Below are positions 1 to 9,669 of a stretch of DNA of 35,424 nt, in pieces (position 1 is the first letter of the stretch; each line of letters begins with the position of its first letter). The position numbers and the translations under genes were made by a program. The stretch lies in the IMG/VR virus record IMGVR_UViG_3300020045_006383, positions 1-35,424 of that record; one strand, 5' to 3'. A model generated the notes under the pieces. That model was not told the DNA's origin. It did not search any database and saw only the letters and a program-made list of their open reading frames with translations. This DNA comes from a virus (Duplodnaviria > Caudoviricetes).

Positions 1-147
1 TTGCCAGACCTGAAAAGCTCTGAATTAGCGTCTGCGATAGCAAAGTCCGTGTTTGAGAACGCCGGCAGGCAGATAATTAACATGACTCCGAATAGCGCCT
101 TGACGGTCTTTGAAACTGGCGAGATTGACGAGTGGCGCAATGAATAA
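1..147 (+). CDS. 3' end of a partial CDS, probably a DUF115/Maf-like (MptE-like) glycosyltransferase-related protein
   Basis: Frame 1 is open from base 1 to TAA at 145-147 (LPDLKSSELASAIAKSVFENAGRQIINMTPNSALTVFETGEIDEWRNE). PDL..SE.A...FE..GR.IIN.T....L.VF resembles the C-terminus of that family. Overlaps the next ATG at 140. Not in the ORF track. Confidence 0.5.
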   Translation: MPDLKSSELASAIAKSVFENAGRQIINMTPNSALTVFETGEIDEWRNE

Positions 148-826
148 AGTAGCCGCCATTGTTTCCGCGTATTACGCATCCATCTATATCAAGGGACGTG
201 TTGATGATTTGTTATCCCAGTCCATTAACCCCTTGGTGGTGGTCGTTGCTCAGAGAAATTCGCTTGAAGCTCAAGCGGTTACTCAGTTGCATGGATCAAA
301 CCGACAGGTGCAATTGGTTTTGACCGAAGATATTCCAACTGTGTACGAGGCTTGGAATATTGGGATCAAAAGTTGCGAGAGTGAATACGTCACCAATGCC
401 AACAGTGACGACCGTTTATACCCGGACGCTTTGAAGATCATGTCAAAGATGCTGGATAAAAACAAAGATCAAGCCTTGGTTTACACGGACGTGGATCGTG
501 TCCGTTCAATTGGCGGCACACCTGAAGGACAGTTCGTGTGGGCGGAAGGCGGACTCGCTGAGTTATTGAATGGTTGCTTTATTGGACCCATGCCGATGTG
601 GAGGCGAAGCGTTCATGCCAAGCATGGATACTTCAACCCTGAATACAAGAGCGCTGGTGATTATGAGTTCTGGATGCGTCTCGCGCATGGTGGAGAGAAG
701 TTCAAACACATCCATTCGGTTCTTGGTGCCCACCTTGAGAGACCGGACGCGCTTGAGCATAGATCACCGGTCCGCACAGTATGGGAGATCGCGCGCGCTC
801 GATCCCTGTATAGAGGAGCAGTATGA
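140..826 (+). CDS. Glycosyltransferase family 2
   Basis: GT-A motifs: IVSAY, AWNIGIK, NANSDD (DxD-like), PMWRRS.H.K.GYF, AGDYEFWMR. ATG at 140 preferred over TTG at 110. Confidence 0.9.
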   Translation: MNKVAAIVSAYYASIYIKGRVDDLLSQSINPLVVVVAQRNSLEAQAVTQLHGSNRQVQLVLTEDIPTVYEAWNIGIKSCESEYVTNANSDDRLYPDALKIMSKMLDKNKDQALVYTDVDRVRSIGGTPEGQFVWAEGGLAELLNGCFIGPMPMWRRSVHAKHGYFNPEYKSAGDYEFWMRLAHGGEKFKHIHSVLGAHLERPDALEHRSPVRTVWEIARARSLYRGAV

Positions 827-1119
827 AAACAATACGCATGTTGAAGACTGAGCCAGTTCGTACCGACAAGGGTAATGTTTATTATCTGGCAGGAGAAGTT
901 TATACAGACGTGACCGATGCCAACGCTTCGTCATTGATCGGTCGCAGTCTGGCGGTTGAAGTCGTTGTGAAAGAACAAGACCGTTCACACTTGGAGTCGT
1001 TGTCTTTGAAAGAGTTACGCGCTTTGGTTGCCCCGATGCACATTAAAGGGTACACGCTTTTGACTCGTGAAGGTTTGTTGGGCATCCTTGCCCCAGTTGA
1101 CGAGCAAGTAGAGAGTTAA
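823..1119 (+). CDS. Small phage protein with C-terminal Rho-N/HeH-like helical motif
   Basis: GAGGAG RBS. LESLSLKELRALV...IKGYTLLTREGLL matches the Rho-N-like pattern common downstream of capsid genes. Confidence 0.6.
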   Translation: MKTIRMLKTEPVRTDKGNVYYLAGEVYTDVTDANASSLIGRSLAVEVVVKEQDRSHLESLSLKELRALVAPMHIKGYTLLTREGLLGILAPVDEQVES

Positions 1120-1120
1120 T

Positions 1121-1768
1121 ATGCCTACACCATCTTATTCCACCTACGGATCGGTCAAGTCGCTCATGCCGGATACGACATGGGGCACTACTTATGACGC
1201 GCTGTTTACAACACTCATTGGACGCGCAAGCCGTTTGGTGGATGGTTTATTGCATCGAGAACCCGGCGCGTTTGGTGTTTCTACTGCCAGTACCCGCTAT
1301 TTCAAAGGCAATGGCAAAGACCAGTTATATATCGGAGAGTTGGCCGCAGTTCCCAGCGTGGTCGCAGTTGCTGAGACTGGCGTTGTGGATAATGCCAATA
1401 ACACCGGCGGGACATATACGACATGGTCTGTGAGTGATTACATGGTCTGGCCGTATAACTCCGTTGCTGAGAAGCGTCCTATTTTGCGTCTGGACATTGA
1501 CACGCTCAATGGAACAAAGACCTCGTGGTATGGCTATCCTAAAGCGGTAAAGATCACAGGTTACTTTGGTTTTGCTGTTTCATCTTCCATCCCGGACGAG
1601 ATCGTACAGGCGGTCGAGATCCAGACCATTCGCTGGTTTAAGCGTGGTCAGCAGGCTTTTCAAGACGCCGGCGCGAAAACGGACCTTAATCAACTTCGCT
1701 ACGTTAAGAAGTTAGATCCTGATATCGAAGGTATTTTGTCTGAAGGACGGTTCGCATGGGTACCGTAA
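1121..1768 (+). CDS. Head-tail connector (gp6/gp15-like adaptor)
   Basis: Y.T...VK N-terminus, ASRLVDG, TRYF.G.G, VKITGYFGF...IPDEIVQAV, LDPDIEGIL; position before tail genes. Confidence 0.8.
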   Translation: MPTPSYSTYGSVKSLMPDTTWGTTYDALFTTLIGRASRLVDGLLHREPGAFGVSTASTRYFKGNGKDQLYIGELAAVPSVVAVAETGVVDNANNTGGTYTTWSVSDYMVWPYNSVAEKRPILRLDIDTLNGTKTSWYGYPKAVKITGYFGFAVSSSIPDEIVQAVEIQTIRWFKRGQQAFQDAGAKTDLNQLRYVKKLDPDIEGILSEGRFAWVP

Positions 1769-2169
1769 GAGAAGCAATCGCGGTCGTTCAAACTCATGCG
1801 CTTACCGCGGGCGCTCGTGAAGCTCCGACAGACCCGCCGGAAGGTAATGCAGGGTTTCCATTCTCGATCTGCTACCCTGACAACGGCACGATCTTTGGTG
1901 AGTCGGCTGGCGCACGTAGAGACATCATAAATTTGGTGCTGGATTATCACTTGAGCCGTCAAAACCTCCCGCTTAATGTTCAAGCGGCGCTTACTTTTCT
2001 TGAGACCTTCCCCAGCTTGTTGGTTGGTGATCCTGACCTTGGCGGTAAGGTTGATACAATAATTTTGGATACTGGGATCAGTTTTAATTTTGGCAAGATG
2101 GAGTATGGTAGCGTTCAGACCATCGGGTTCAGGTTTACGATCCCGATCAAGATAAGGAGAGTTGTATGA
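1756..2169 (+). CDS. Putative tail terminator / tail completion protein
   Basis: 137 aa, DPDLGGKVD motif, lies between connector and tail tube. Confidence 0.6.
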   Translation: MGTVREAIAVVQTHALTAGAREAPTDPPEGNAGFPFSICYPDNGTIFGESAGARRDIINLVLDYHLSRQNLPLNVQAALTFLETFPSLLVGDPDLGGKVDTIILDTGISFNFGKMEYGSVQTIGFRFTIPIKIRRVV

Positions 2170-2372
2170 TTTACTTAAAATATGTCGGCAATGGCGCATC
2201 CCTTCCGGATGTGCCTGCAAGAGATTTGACCGTGGAAGAAGCAGGAAAGTATAGTGAGAAGTTCCTGTTATTGTCTGGTTTATATGTGTCTGTAAAACCC
2301 GCCCCGACTCAGAACAAGATGGCTCCGGGTCCAAAATTGAACAAGTCGGATTATGAGACCGACAAGGAGTAA
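2166..2372 (+). CDS. Small hypothetical neck-region protein
   Basis: AAGGAG RBS, ATGA overlap with the upstream gene, VPARDLT..E...LSGLY motif. Confidence 0.7.
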   Translation: MIYLKYVGNGASLPDVPARDLTVEEAGKYSEKFLLLSGLYVSVKPAPTQNKMAPGPKLNKSDYETDKE

Positions 2373-2375
2373 AGC

Positions 2376-3374
2376 ATGAGTGGTATTCGCGCACTTCGCA
2401 AGATCCAGATGGGGCAGGAAACTACTGCCGGCACAATCGTAGCCACGTCCACCATTTGGCGTGGAATCGGGACCATCGAGGACGGATTAGAAACAGTCTT
2501 CCCAGCCGAAGACATTGGTTATCTGTCCGGTGTTGATCGTTCCTATATTCCAAAACTGGCCGCAAAGTTGGCAATGGAATCGGTGGAAGCCACGTTCGAG
2601 CAGGTTCCACACGTCCTCTCCGCTGGTATCAAGAATGCCAGTGGTTCACAGGATGGTTCAGGGAGTGGTTATATCCGCACGTACACATTCCCCACCACGA
2701 CCCCGAACACGCTTAAGACGTACACCCTCCAAGGCGGTGATAATCAGCAAGCCGAAGTAATGGAGTATTGTTTCGTTGAGAAGTTCACACTCGAAGGCAA
2801 GTCCGGCGAGTCGTGGATGATCAGCGCGGACTGGATCGGTCGTCAGGTTGCAACAACGACATTCACTTCATCGGTTGCCCTTCCGTCCGTGGAAGAAATG
2901 CTGTTTGGGAAGACCAAGATTTACATTGACGCTGTCAGTGGTAACTTTGGTACAACGCAGAAGACAATGACCCTGCTGGCCGCAAAGATCGACGTGACCA
3001 CTGGCTGGATCGCCAAGTTTACGGCGGATGGGAGTCTTTACTTCTCATTCATTCAGAGCACCATGCCCGAAGTTGTGATGGATCTGACTTTCGAGCACGA
3101 CGCTACTTCAGTGGCAGAGATCGCCGCGTGGAGAGCTGGCACACCGCGCTTGATCCGTCTGTTAGCGCAAGGTACTACCTTCACTACCGCCGGGTCCACT
3201 TACTCGGTCAAGACCATGATTATTGATCTGGCTGGTAAATGGGAAACGATTTCCGCGTTGGACGATCAGGATGGTAACGGTATCCGTGTCGGAACCTTCC
3301 GCGCGCGCTACGACCCCACAAAAGCCGAGATGGGTAAGATCATCATGGTCAACGCTTTGTCTGCTTTGCCGTAG
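2376..3374 (+). CDS. Major tail tube protein
   Basis: AAGGAG RBS; Q.G.ETT.GT N-terminus; Thr/Gly-rich beta protein of 332 aa directly upstream of chaperone and tape measure. Confidence 0.8.
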   Translation: MSGIRALRKIQMGQETTAGTIVATSTIWRGIGTIEDGLETVFPAEDIGYLSGVDRSYIPKLAAKLAMESVEATFEQVPHVLSAGIKNASGSQDGSGSGYIRTYTFPTTTPNTLKTYTLQGGDNQQAEVMEYCFVEKFTLEGKSGESWMISADWIGRQVATTTFTSSVALPSVEEMLFGKTKIYIDAVSGNFGTTQKTMTLLAAKIDVTTGWIAKFTADGSLYFSFIQSTMPEVVMDLTFEHDATSVAEIAAWRAGTPRLIRLLAQGTTFTTAGSTYSVKTMIIDLAGKWETISALDDQDGNGIRVGTFRARYDPTKAEMGKIIMVNALSALP

Positions 3375-3381
3375 GTTTATT

Positions 3382-3714
3382 ATGGCAAAAATTCATTTCC
3401 ACGTTGCAGATGATGTGCTCAAGAGCTTGACTTGGGAAGACTACGAAGCGCTTGAAATGGCTCAAGAAGGTGATATGAAGTTGCATAAACTTCGCCCCCT
3501 GCTTGCGCGGTTTCTGGTTGACGATAACCTTGTCCCACTTGCCCAGCCTGCGGCAATGAAGTTGATTGCCAAGGTTTCCATGGATCAAGTGCCGGAGATT
3601 ATCAAGTCCTTTATAACCGCCTTGAAAGATAAAGCGGTCCCAAAAGAGAGCGGACTCTTATCGCAATCGGAATCAGTACCGGCGGAAGAGTCCCAAGCTG
3701 GTGCACCACCCTAG
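3382..3714 (+). CDS. Tail assembly chaperone (gpG-like)
   Basis: ATG at 3382 (MAKIHFHV) just after the tail tube stop; contains an in-frame slippery heptamer; precedes the tape measure gene. Confidence 0.75.
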   Translation: MAKIHFHVADDVLKSLTWEDYEALEMAQEGDMKLHKLRPLLARFLVDDNLVPLAQPAAMKLIAKVSMDQVPEIIKSFITALKDKAVPKESGLLSQSESVPAEESQAGAPP

Positions 3715-3881
3715 CGCAAGCGTCTGACTGGGGTTGCCCTCCGTGGGTAGTTACTGGTGAGCAGTTGACCGGATGGCGCAGAATGGTCTGGCGCTTTCGT
3801 CAATCTGTTGTGTCGGAGCAGGTCGCAAACCATCATAAGAAGCTGGCAGAAAAAGCCGCCCTGAGAAAAGTCAGAAGATAA
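3639..3881 (+). CDS. -1 frameshift extension of the tail chaperone (gpGT-like); slippery site C CCA AAA at 3639-3645
   Basis: X XXY YYZ heptamer in the correct phase. The -1 frame is open for 80 codons (PKRERTLIAIG...SDWGCPPWVV...KVRR) and stops at TAA 3879-3881, 1 nt before the tape measure ATG. Confidence 0.8.
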   Translation, partial: PKRERTLIAIGISTGGRVPSWCTTLAQASDWGCPPWVVTGEQLTGWRRMVWRFRQSVVSEQVANHHKKLAEKAALRKVRR

Positions 3882-3882
3882 A

Positions 3883-6015
3883 ATGGCAGACGAGAAATTA
3901 GAAGTTGTAATCACCGCTGATGATAGAGCCTCCGGAGTCTTCGGGGGCTTAAGTGGTGTATTGGGCGGTCTCGGTTCAATGATCCTTGGTGGACTTGCCG
4001 CCGCCGCCGCGGCCGCTGGTGCGGCTATGTATGGTCTCGGGACAATTCTCAAAGACTCTGTGGGGGAAGCGATGGAGTCACAGAACGCAATTGCCCAGTT
4101 GGAAGCGGTACTCAAGTCCACTGGTGGAGAAGCCGGCGTCACGAAAGACGCGGTCTTAGAGCTTGCCAGTTCATTACAAAAAGTTACCCGTTATTCAGAC
4201 GAGCAGATCATCAGTGGTGAAAATCTGCTTTTGACCTTTACGAATATTGGGAAAGATATTTTTCCAGACGCTACTCAGGCAATGCTGGATATGTCCACCG
4301 CTTTGGGTCAGGATCTGTCTTCGAGCGCCATTCAACTCGGCAAAGCGTTGCAAGACCCGATCCTTGGTGTTACCGCGTTGCGCAGGGTCGGTGTAAATTT
4401 CTCAGATGCCCAGCGTGACATGATCAAGTCCATGGTGGAAGCCGGCGACATCATGGGAGCGCAAAAGTTCATCCTTGCTGAATTAACCAAAGAGTTCGGC
4501 GGTTCGGCAGTTGCGGCCGGGCAGACGTTTGCCGGCGCAATGGATATTCTCAAGAACCGTTTCAGCGAGGTCAAAGAAGAGTTGGGGATGAAGTTGATCC
4601 CGGTCATTACCAAGTTGATGAATGAGGTCATTGTCCCGTTGATCCCATACATCGAAGAGGCCGCTACCGCATTTGGTGATTTCCTTGTCCGGCTGTCAGA
4701 GTCGGATGAGTTCAAAGAGTTCATTGAGTTCGTCAGTGACGGTCTCAAGGGAATTATCCAGTTGTTTGAAGATATATCGAGCGGTCAGATCAGCATGCCT
4801 GCCATGCCTGACTTTACCGAGTTTGCAAACTTCCAACTCCCCGAGCTTCAGTGGAATATCGCCCCGATACCACTTCCAAACTTCAGTGAAGCCATTGATC
4901 CGATCCTTAATTTGCCGGAAGGTATCCCGGCTTTCTTTGATAACCTTGCTTTATGGTGGGAAGAGCATGGTCCTGTCATTAAACAGCAAGCCGAAGAATT
5001 GTGGGACGGATTTATGGTCGCCACAGACGACACAAGCTCCATTGTCAGCAAGTTTATAGACGACTCTCTTGTAAAAGTTACTGAATGGCTTAATGAAAAC
5101 GGTCCACTGATCGAGGAATTTGGTCAGTTGGTTGTTGATGTTTTTACCAGAACCGTCCTACCCTCCATTACAGTTTTTACCGACAACTTTTTCACCATGC
5201 TTACTGATGTTATGGATCTGCTTTTAGACCTTGGCACACTGGTCATGCAGGTCGCTACTGGTGACTGGGCGGGCGCGTGGGAGTCTATGAAATTAGTTGC
5301 AGTTGACGCCTTGACCATTGTCGGTGACTTCTTTATGGCTTTCCTTAATCATCTTGCGTCGTTCCTTGGCACTACGATGGATGAAGTTGTATCCCAGTGG
5401 ACTTACAATCTTGATCAAATGGCACAAGTAAATTTTCTTACGTTTACAGGCATCCTTGGAGTTATATTAGAAAATATTGACGGCATTAAGGGTGCGTTTA
5501 TGGACCTGTCCGAGTGGGTCGGGACGGAGTTCACCGCTATCTTTGAAGCGGTGGCAGAAAAGATGGATTCTTTCAGGAATCTGCTTTCTGAGCCACTCGA
5601 TCTTGGTATCTTTGAGGAGATCCGTGGAGTCTTTGATCGCATTGAAGGCGCGATCAGTTCCGTTATCGATTCGATCTGGAGTCTTGGTGACGCGTTTGTT
5701 TCGTTGGTCATTCCTGACTGGTTGACCCCCGGCTCCCCTACCCCGTTTGAGATCGGGTTGATCGGCGTCCAGAAGGCTCTACAAGGCGTAAATTCGGTAC
5801 CCTTCCCCACCTTCCCCGAAAGTAGTCCACTAAGCGCCTCTCCGTCGTCTGGTATATCAACGGCTGGCAGTTTTGGCGCTGGTCGCGCCCCCATTACCCT
5901 CAATTTCACCTATGCCCCGGCGGTATCTCTTGGTAGTGAGCGTGAGATGCGTGACCGCATTGCGCCGGTCATGGTGGATCTGTTGCGTGAAGCGCAAAAC
6001 AACGGGATCATCTAA
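3883..6015 (+). CDS. Tail tape measure protein
   Basis: 710 aa; LEVVITADDRAS N-terminus; AIQLGKALQDP..G.TAL.RVGV motif; helical Trp/Phe-periodic repeats; PGSP near the C-terminus. Confidence 0.93.
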   Translation: MADEKLEVVITADDRASGVFGGLSGVLGGLGSMILGGLAAAAAAAGAAMYGLGTILKDSVGEAMESQNAIAQLEAVLKSTGGEAGVTKDAVLELASSLQKVTRYSDEQIISGENLLLTFTNIGKDIFPDATQAMLDMSTALGQDLSSSAIQLGKALQDPILGVTALRRVGVNFSDAQRDMIKSMVEAGDIMGAQKFILAELTKEFGGSAVAAGQTFAGAMDILKNRFSEVKEELGMKLIPVITKLMNEVIVPLIPYIEEAATAFGDFLVRLSESDEFKEFIEFVSDGLKGIIQLFEDISSGQISMPAMPDFTEFANFQLPELQWNIAPIPLPNFSEAIDPILNLPEGIPAFFDNLALWWEEHGPVIKQQAEELWDGFMVATDDTSSIVSKFIDDSLVKVTEWLNENGPLIEEFGQLVVDVFTRTVLPSITVFTDNFFTMLTDVMDLLLDLGTLVMQVATGDWAGAWESMKLVAVDALTIVGDFFMAFLNHLASFLGTTMDEVVSQWTYNLDQMAQVNFLTFTGILGVILENIDGIKGAFMDLSEWVGTEFTAIFEAVAEKMDSFRNLLSEPLDLGIFEEIRGVFDRIEGAISSVIDSIWSLGDAFVSLVIPDWLTPGSPTPFEIGLIGVQKALQGVNSVPFPTFPESSPLSASPSSGISTAGSFGAGRAPITLNFTYAPAVSLGSEREMRDRIAPVMVDLLREAQNNGII

Positions 6016-7553
6016 TGACGAATAGTAGGTACGGTTTAGCATTGTATGGAAGTCCGCTTTTATACGGTTCCGGCTCCGCTACTGGTTTGCTGGCTTGGGG
6101 CGTACAGGTGGATTGGAATAATGACGGTGTATTTGACGGCTCCAATGAGACTCTACGCATGGTGCAATTTACATCATCACGCGGTCGTAAGAAGATGATC
6201 AAAAAGTACGGTTCTGGTTTTGAGATCATCCCGCCCGGTCATTTTATTATCACCCTCAAAAACGATGATGGACGATACGACAAATTCAACACGTCGTCGC
6301 CGTTATACCCATACATCCAGAGTGGTGTGGATGTCAAAGTTGAAGTCACCGATCAGGCAACTCTGGTTAAGTACAGTGTTGTTTATGGAATTATTGAAGA
6401 TATAGTCCCCAGTTATTACAAGAACGAGCGGACAGTCAAGATTTACTGCGTAGACACGTCTTCCTATCTTACAAAAAGTTCAGCCCGAGTCCCGGTTCAA
6501 ACTGACATAGCCCCCGAAGACGCGATGGATCTGGTTTTGGATTACATGAATTGGCCGACACGCTGGGGCAGGTCGCTGGGCGCCACGGCAGATGTGATCC
6601 CGTATTATTGGTCTAACAGCAAGAAGCAGGCTTTGACCGATCTACAAGAAATATCTGAGGCGCATCTTGGATATTTCTTTATTGACAATACAGGTCGAGC
6701 CAAGTATGTTCCCCGGACAGACTCTTCTGCTTCTGTGGTTGACTTTGAGCAAGCCAGCATCCTGAGAGATATTGGTAATGACACCCTGTACGATAACTAT
6801 AGAAACATTTTGCGAATCAAAGTCCATCCGCGTTCGTTGTCGGCTTTGACTGCGGTTTATGAAACACTTGGAAACAAGCCATATCTTAATGCTGGTGAGA
6901 CCGAAGAGATATGGGGCGACTATACTTATAACTCCGTATTAGTCCCGGCGATCAATCTCGTCACACCTGTTGCGACCACAGACTACACGGCTAACACAGT
7001 CGAGGATGGTTCTGGCGTGAATAAGACTGCCAATATCTCAGTCACGTTTACGAATTTTGGTGATACTTGTAAATTTGTGGTCACGAATAATGATGCTGGA
7101 TCGGTTTATATTACGAAGTTACAAGTGCGCGGATATGCTTTATTTGAACAAAACTCGTCCGATATCACGTATCCGCAGGATGTTTCCCTCGTAACCAATC
7201 CACGTGAATTGACTTTGGATCTGGTCAAAATGCAGGACGTAAACAGCGCCAGAGGGTATGCCAATGCCTTTGGTTTGTTTTTGTCTACAGCTAATCCTAC
7301 CCCGACGATCATCGTGGAAGCCAGACCAGATATCCAATTCGTGCCCGATCTGTTTGACACAACCACTTTAACTATTCTTGCGCTTGGGATCAACGGTGAG
7401 TCTTTTAGGGTTTCCGGCATCGAGCATGAAACACTGGACGAGAATTGTCAGGCGGTTCGGACTACTTTTTATCTTGAGCCGTATATCGCCGGCACAGACT
7501 TCTGGACATGGCCCTCGACCGACTTTGGCGTAGATACGATCTTTGGATGGTGA
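6015..7553 (+). CDS. Minor tail / baseplate hub-like protein
   Basis: Follows the tape measure with TAATG overlap; VDWNNDG.F, L.NDDGRYD, FFIDNTGRAKY motifs typical of tail-tip proteins. Confidence 0.7.
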   Translation: MTNSRYGLALYGSPLLYGSGSATGLLAWGVQVDWNNDGVFDGSNETLRMVQFTSSRGRKKMIKKYGSGFEIIPPGHFIITLKNDDGRYDKFNTSSPLYPYIQSGVDVKVEVTDQATLVKYSVVYGIIEDIVPSYYKNERTVKIYCVDTSSYLTKSSARVPVQTDIAPEDAMDLVLDYMNWPTRWGRSLGATADVIPYYWSNSKKQALTDLQEISEAHLGYFFIDNTGRAKYVPRTDSSASVVDFEQASILRDIGNDTLYDNYRNILRIKVHPRSLSALTAVYETLGNKPYLNAGETEEIWGDYTYNSVLVPAINLVTPVATTDYTANTVEDGSGVNKTANISVTFTNFGDTCKFVVTNNDAGSVYITKLQVRGYALFEQNSSDITYPQDVSLVTNPRELTLDLVKMQDVNSARGYANAFGLFLSTANPTPTIIVEARPDIQFVPDLFDTTTLTILALGINGESFRVSGIEHETLDENCQAVRTTFYLEPYIAGTDFWTWPSTDFGVDTIFGW

Positions 7554-7554
7554 T

Positions 7555-8094
7555 ATGGAATCTCTTAATTACATTGTGACAGCCAGACACTACGCCCAGC
7601 AAATGGGTTGTAGTTCAACGCTTGAGCGCATTATGAAAATGCGCGAAATGGTTCAAGCCAAGAAGCGCACAGTCCTTCCTATGCAGGTTAACAAGTATGC
7701 GGTTGATCCTGTCCTTGGTTTTATCGAGAATGGTCAATGGATCGGTCGTTGTGAATGTGGTGGTTGTGAGTTTGTGGACCCGGACGAGCCGGTGTTTTAT
7801 TGTTTCAGTTGTTGTAACCGTGGTTATAACCACATGCTGAGACGCGTCAAGTTCCCTGATGTTTCAACCCGCATGGAGATCGAGCGTTTATTGCTTTTGC
7901 GCCCAGTGGATGATATGCGTGGACAGACAGACCTTGAAAGAGCCGGTCTTGCGCGCGCGTTGATCTTGGTTCAAGTGGATGAAAAAACGGTACTCCCCCT
8001 GACCCGCTCATGGAATCCAGATGAAAGTCTGGAAGTCTTGCGCTCCCAGCAGGACGACGCCATAAACAAGTGGAGTCAAAAGGTTGGTGGATAA
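7555..8094 (+). CDS. Cys-rich (putative Zn-binding) tail-region protein, paralog 1
   Basis: GQWIGRCECGGCEFVDPDEPVFYCFSCCN ... RSWNPDES; clear paralog of 10416-10898. Confidence 0.7.
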   Translation: MESLNYIVTARHYAQQMGCSSTLERIMKMREMVQAKKRTVLPMQVNKYAVDPVLGFIENGQWIGRCECGGCEFVDPDEPVFYCFSCCNRGYNHMLRRVKFPDVSTRMEIERLLLLRPVDDMRGQTDLERAGLARALILVQVDEKTVLPLTRSWNPDESLEVLRSQQDDAINKWSQKVGG

Positions 8095-8873
8095 TGAGCT
8101 TCACAACCATCCCTTCAGTTGTCACTGGACAAACGTACACAGCCGCTAATTACAACACGTATATAAAAGACAACCTCAATACTCTGTGGGTCTACACGAC
8201 CGCAGGTGACATCGCGTATGCAACGTCAGCAACCGTTTTGGCGCGTCTGGCTCTTGTGCAAGGCGGTATCTTGATCGGCGGGGCAAGCGCTCCGGAATGG
8301 CTGGCAATTGGGTCCACCGGTCAATACCTTGGAGTTACCGCTGGCGCTCCGGCGTGGAAGAGCGACGGAGTCCCCGGAGTTTTTACCGCCGCCGGCGATC
8401 TTGTGTACGGAACCGGTGTAGGCACAGCCGCTGTTTTGACTAAACCAAGCGCCACAAAATCATTGCAAATGACTTCTGGTGGAGTTCCTTCGTGGAGAAC
8501 ACTGACACAGTTTGTTGAGACAAATGTTGTAGCAGAGGCTACAGACGTAGATACGGCAAGTGGCGTCACTTATTTCCCGGTCCCCAGTATTTTTAACGGT
8601 TACGTTTTAATTAGAGCTATCGCCTTTGTGGCAACGGCCGGCGTCACTAATCCGACCACAATTCAAGTGAGAAACTTAACAAAGTATCCCAGTAATGACG
8701 CCCTATCCACAGCTATTAGTATTGCGTCTGGTGACACAGTAGCCACCGTGGGTACAGTGGACGCGTCTTATGACGATGTTGCTACGAATGATCAGATAAA
8801 GATTTATGTAACAGCCCAGTCCACAACAAAACCGAAAGGCTTGTGGGTAGTCTTGGAGTACGAGAAACCATAA
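8094..8873 (+). CDS. Tail fibre-like / minor tail protein, paralog A
   Basis: ATG at 8094 (TAATG overlap); internal T.AGD(I/L).Y...A.L repeats; full-length paralog of 8875-9660. Confidence 0.7.
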   Translation: MSFTTIPSVVTGQTYTAANYNTYIKDNLNTLWVYTTAGDIAYATSATVLARLALVQGGILIGGASAPEWLAIGSTGQYLGVTAGAPAWKSDGVPGVFTAAGDLVYGTGVGTAAVLTKPSATKSLQMTSGGVPSWRTLTQFVETNVVAEATDVDTASGVTYFPVPSIFNGYVLIRAIAFVATAGVTNPTTIQVRNLTKYPSNDALSTAISIASGDTVATVGTVDASYDDVATNDQIKIYVTAQSTTKPKGLWVVLEYEKP

Positions 8874-8874
8874 A

Positions 8875-9660
8875 ATGTCGTTTACTATCGTTCCATCAGT
8901 CGTCACTGGACAGCAATACACAGCGTCAGAGCATAATACCTATGCGCGTAATTCTCTGTTGTCTCTGTGGGTCTACACAACCGTTGGTGATCTTGTTTAC
9001 GCTTCTGATTCGACTAATATTGCACGTTTGGCAAATGTCGCAAATAACATTTTGATTGGTGGAGCAAGCGCGCCGCAATGGCTGGCAGTTGGGTCCGCAG
9101 GTCAATACGTCGGAGTTACCGCCGGCGCTCCCGCATGGAAGAGTGATGGAGTCCCCGGAATATTTACAACCGTTGGTGATCTTGTCTATGGCAGTAGTGC
9201 AGGCGCGGCTAGTCGATTGGCAAAACCTAGCTCATTAAATTTTCTTTCAGAGGCTTCAAACGGGACTCCGGCGTGGAGGGCGCTGAAAATATCGGCTCTT
9301 ATTCAAGTCGTTGCTCCCACAACTGACGTTTCAATGGACTCAAGCGCGCGTTTTTACGTTCCTTCAATTTGTAATGGTTCTAATGTTTCAGCGTCCGGAT
9401 GGGTTGTGACTGCCGGGGTTGGATATCCGAATAATGTACAGATTCATAATTTAACAAAGTATCCAAACAATACCTTGTTTCCTCCCGGTAGTGGAATTGA
9501 GATAGGCAGTGGACAAACGAAGCAGACTACGTTCTATTCAGTGGATTCGAGTTATGATGATGTGTCCACGAATGACGTAATTGATATTTACATGGTGTCC
9601 CTTAGTAACACTACCGCCCCGAAAGGTTTGTGGGTTGAGTTAGTGTTTACACTTGTGTAA
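8875..9660 (+). CDS. Tail fibre-like / minor tail protein, paralog B
   Basis: Shares MSFT..PSVVTGQ.YTA, GVTAGAPAWKSDGVPG, NLTKYP, YDDV.TND and PKGLWV with paralog A. Confidence 0.7.
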   Translation: MSFTIVPSVVTGQQYTASEHNTYARNSLLSLWVYTTVGDLVYASDSTNIARLANVANNILIGGASAPQWLAVGSAGQYVGVTAGAPAWKSDGVPGIFTTVGDLVYGSSAGAASRLAKPSSLNFLSEASNGTPAWRALKISALIQVVAPTTDVSMDSSARFYVPSICNGSNVSASGWVVTAGVGYPNNVQIHNLTKYPNNTLFPPGSGIEIGSGQTKQTTFYSVDSSYDDVSTNDVIDIYMVSLSNTTAPKGLWVELVFTLV

Positions 9661-9669
9661 GGAGAAAAA

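Noticed and set aside
1699-2394. 231-aa minus-strand ORF, and similar antisense ORFs such as 14815-15582
   Set aside because: Fully overlaps well-supported + strand genes and has no RBS or recognisable motifs; shadow ORFs.
3997-4026. GCC-rich repeat in the tape measure gene
   Set aside because: Encodes an ordinary poly-Ala stretch; no sign of a phase-variable tract.
8094-9660. Diversity-generating retroelement (TR/VR pair) suggested by the similar tandem genes
   Set aside because: Similarity spans two full ORFs, differences involve all bases and are mostly synonymous in conserved parts rather than adenine-specific, and no reverse transcriptase is in the window.
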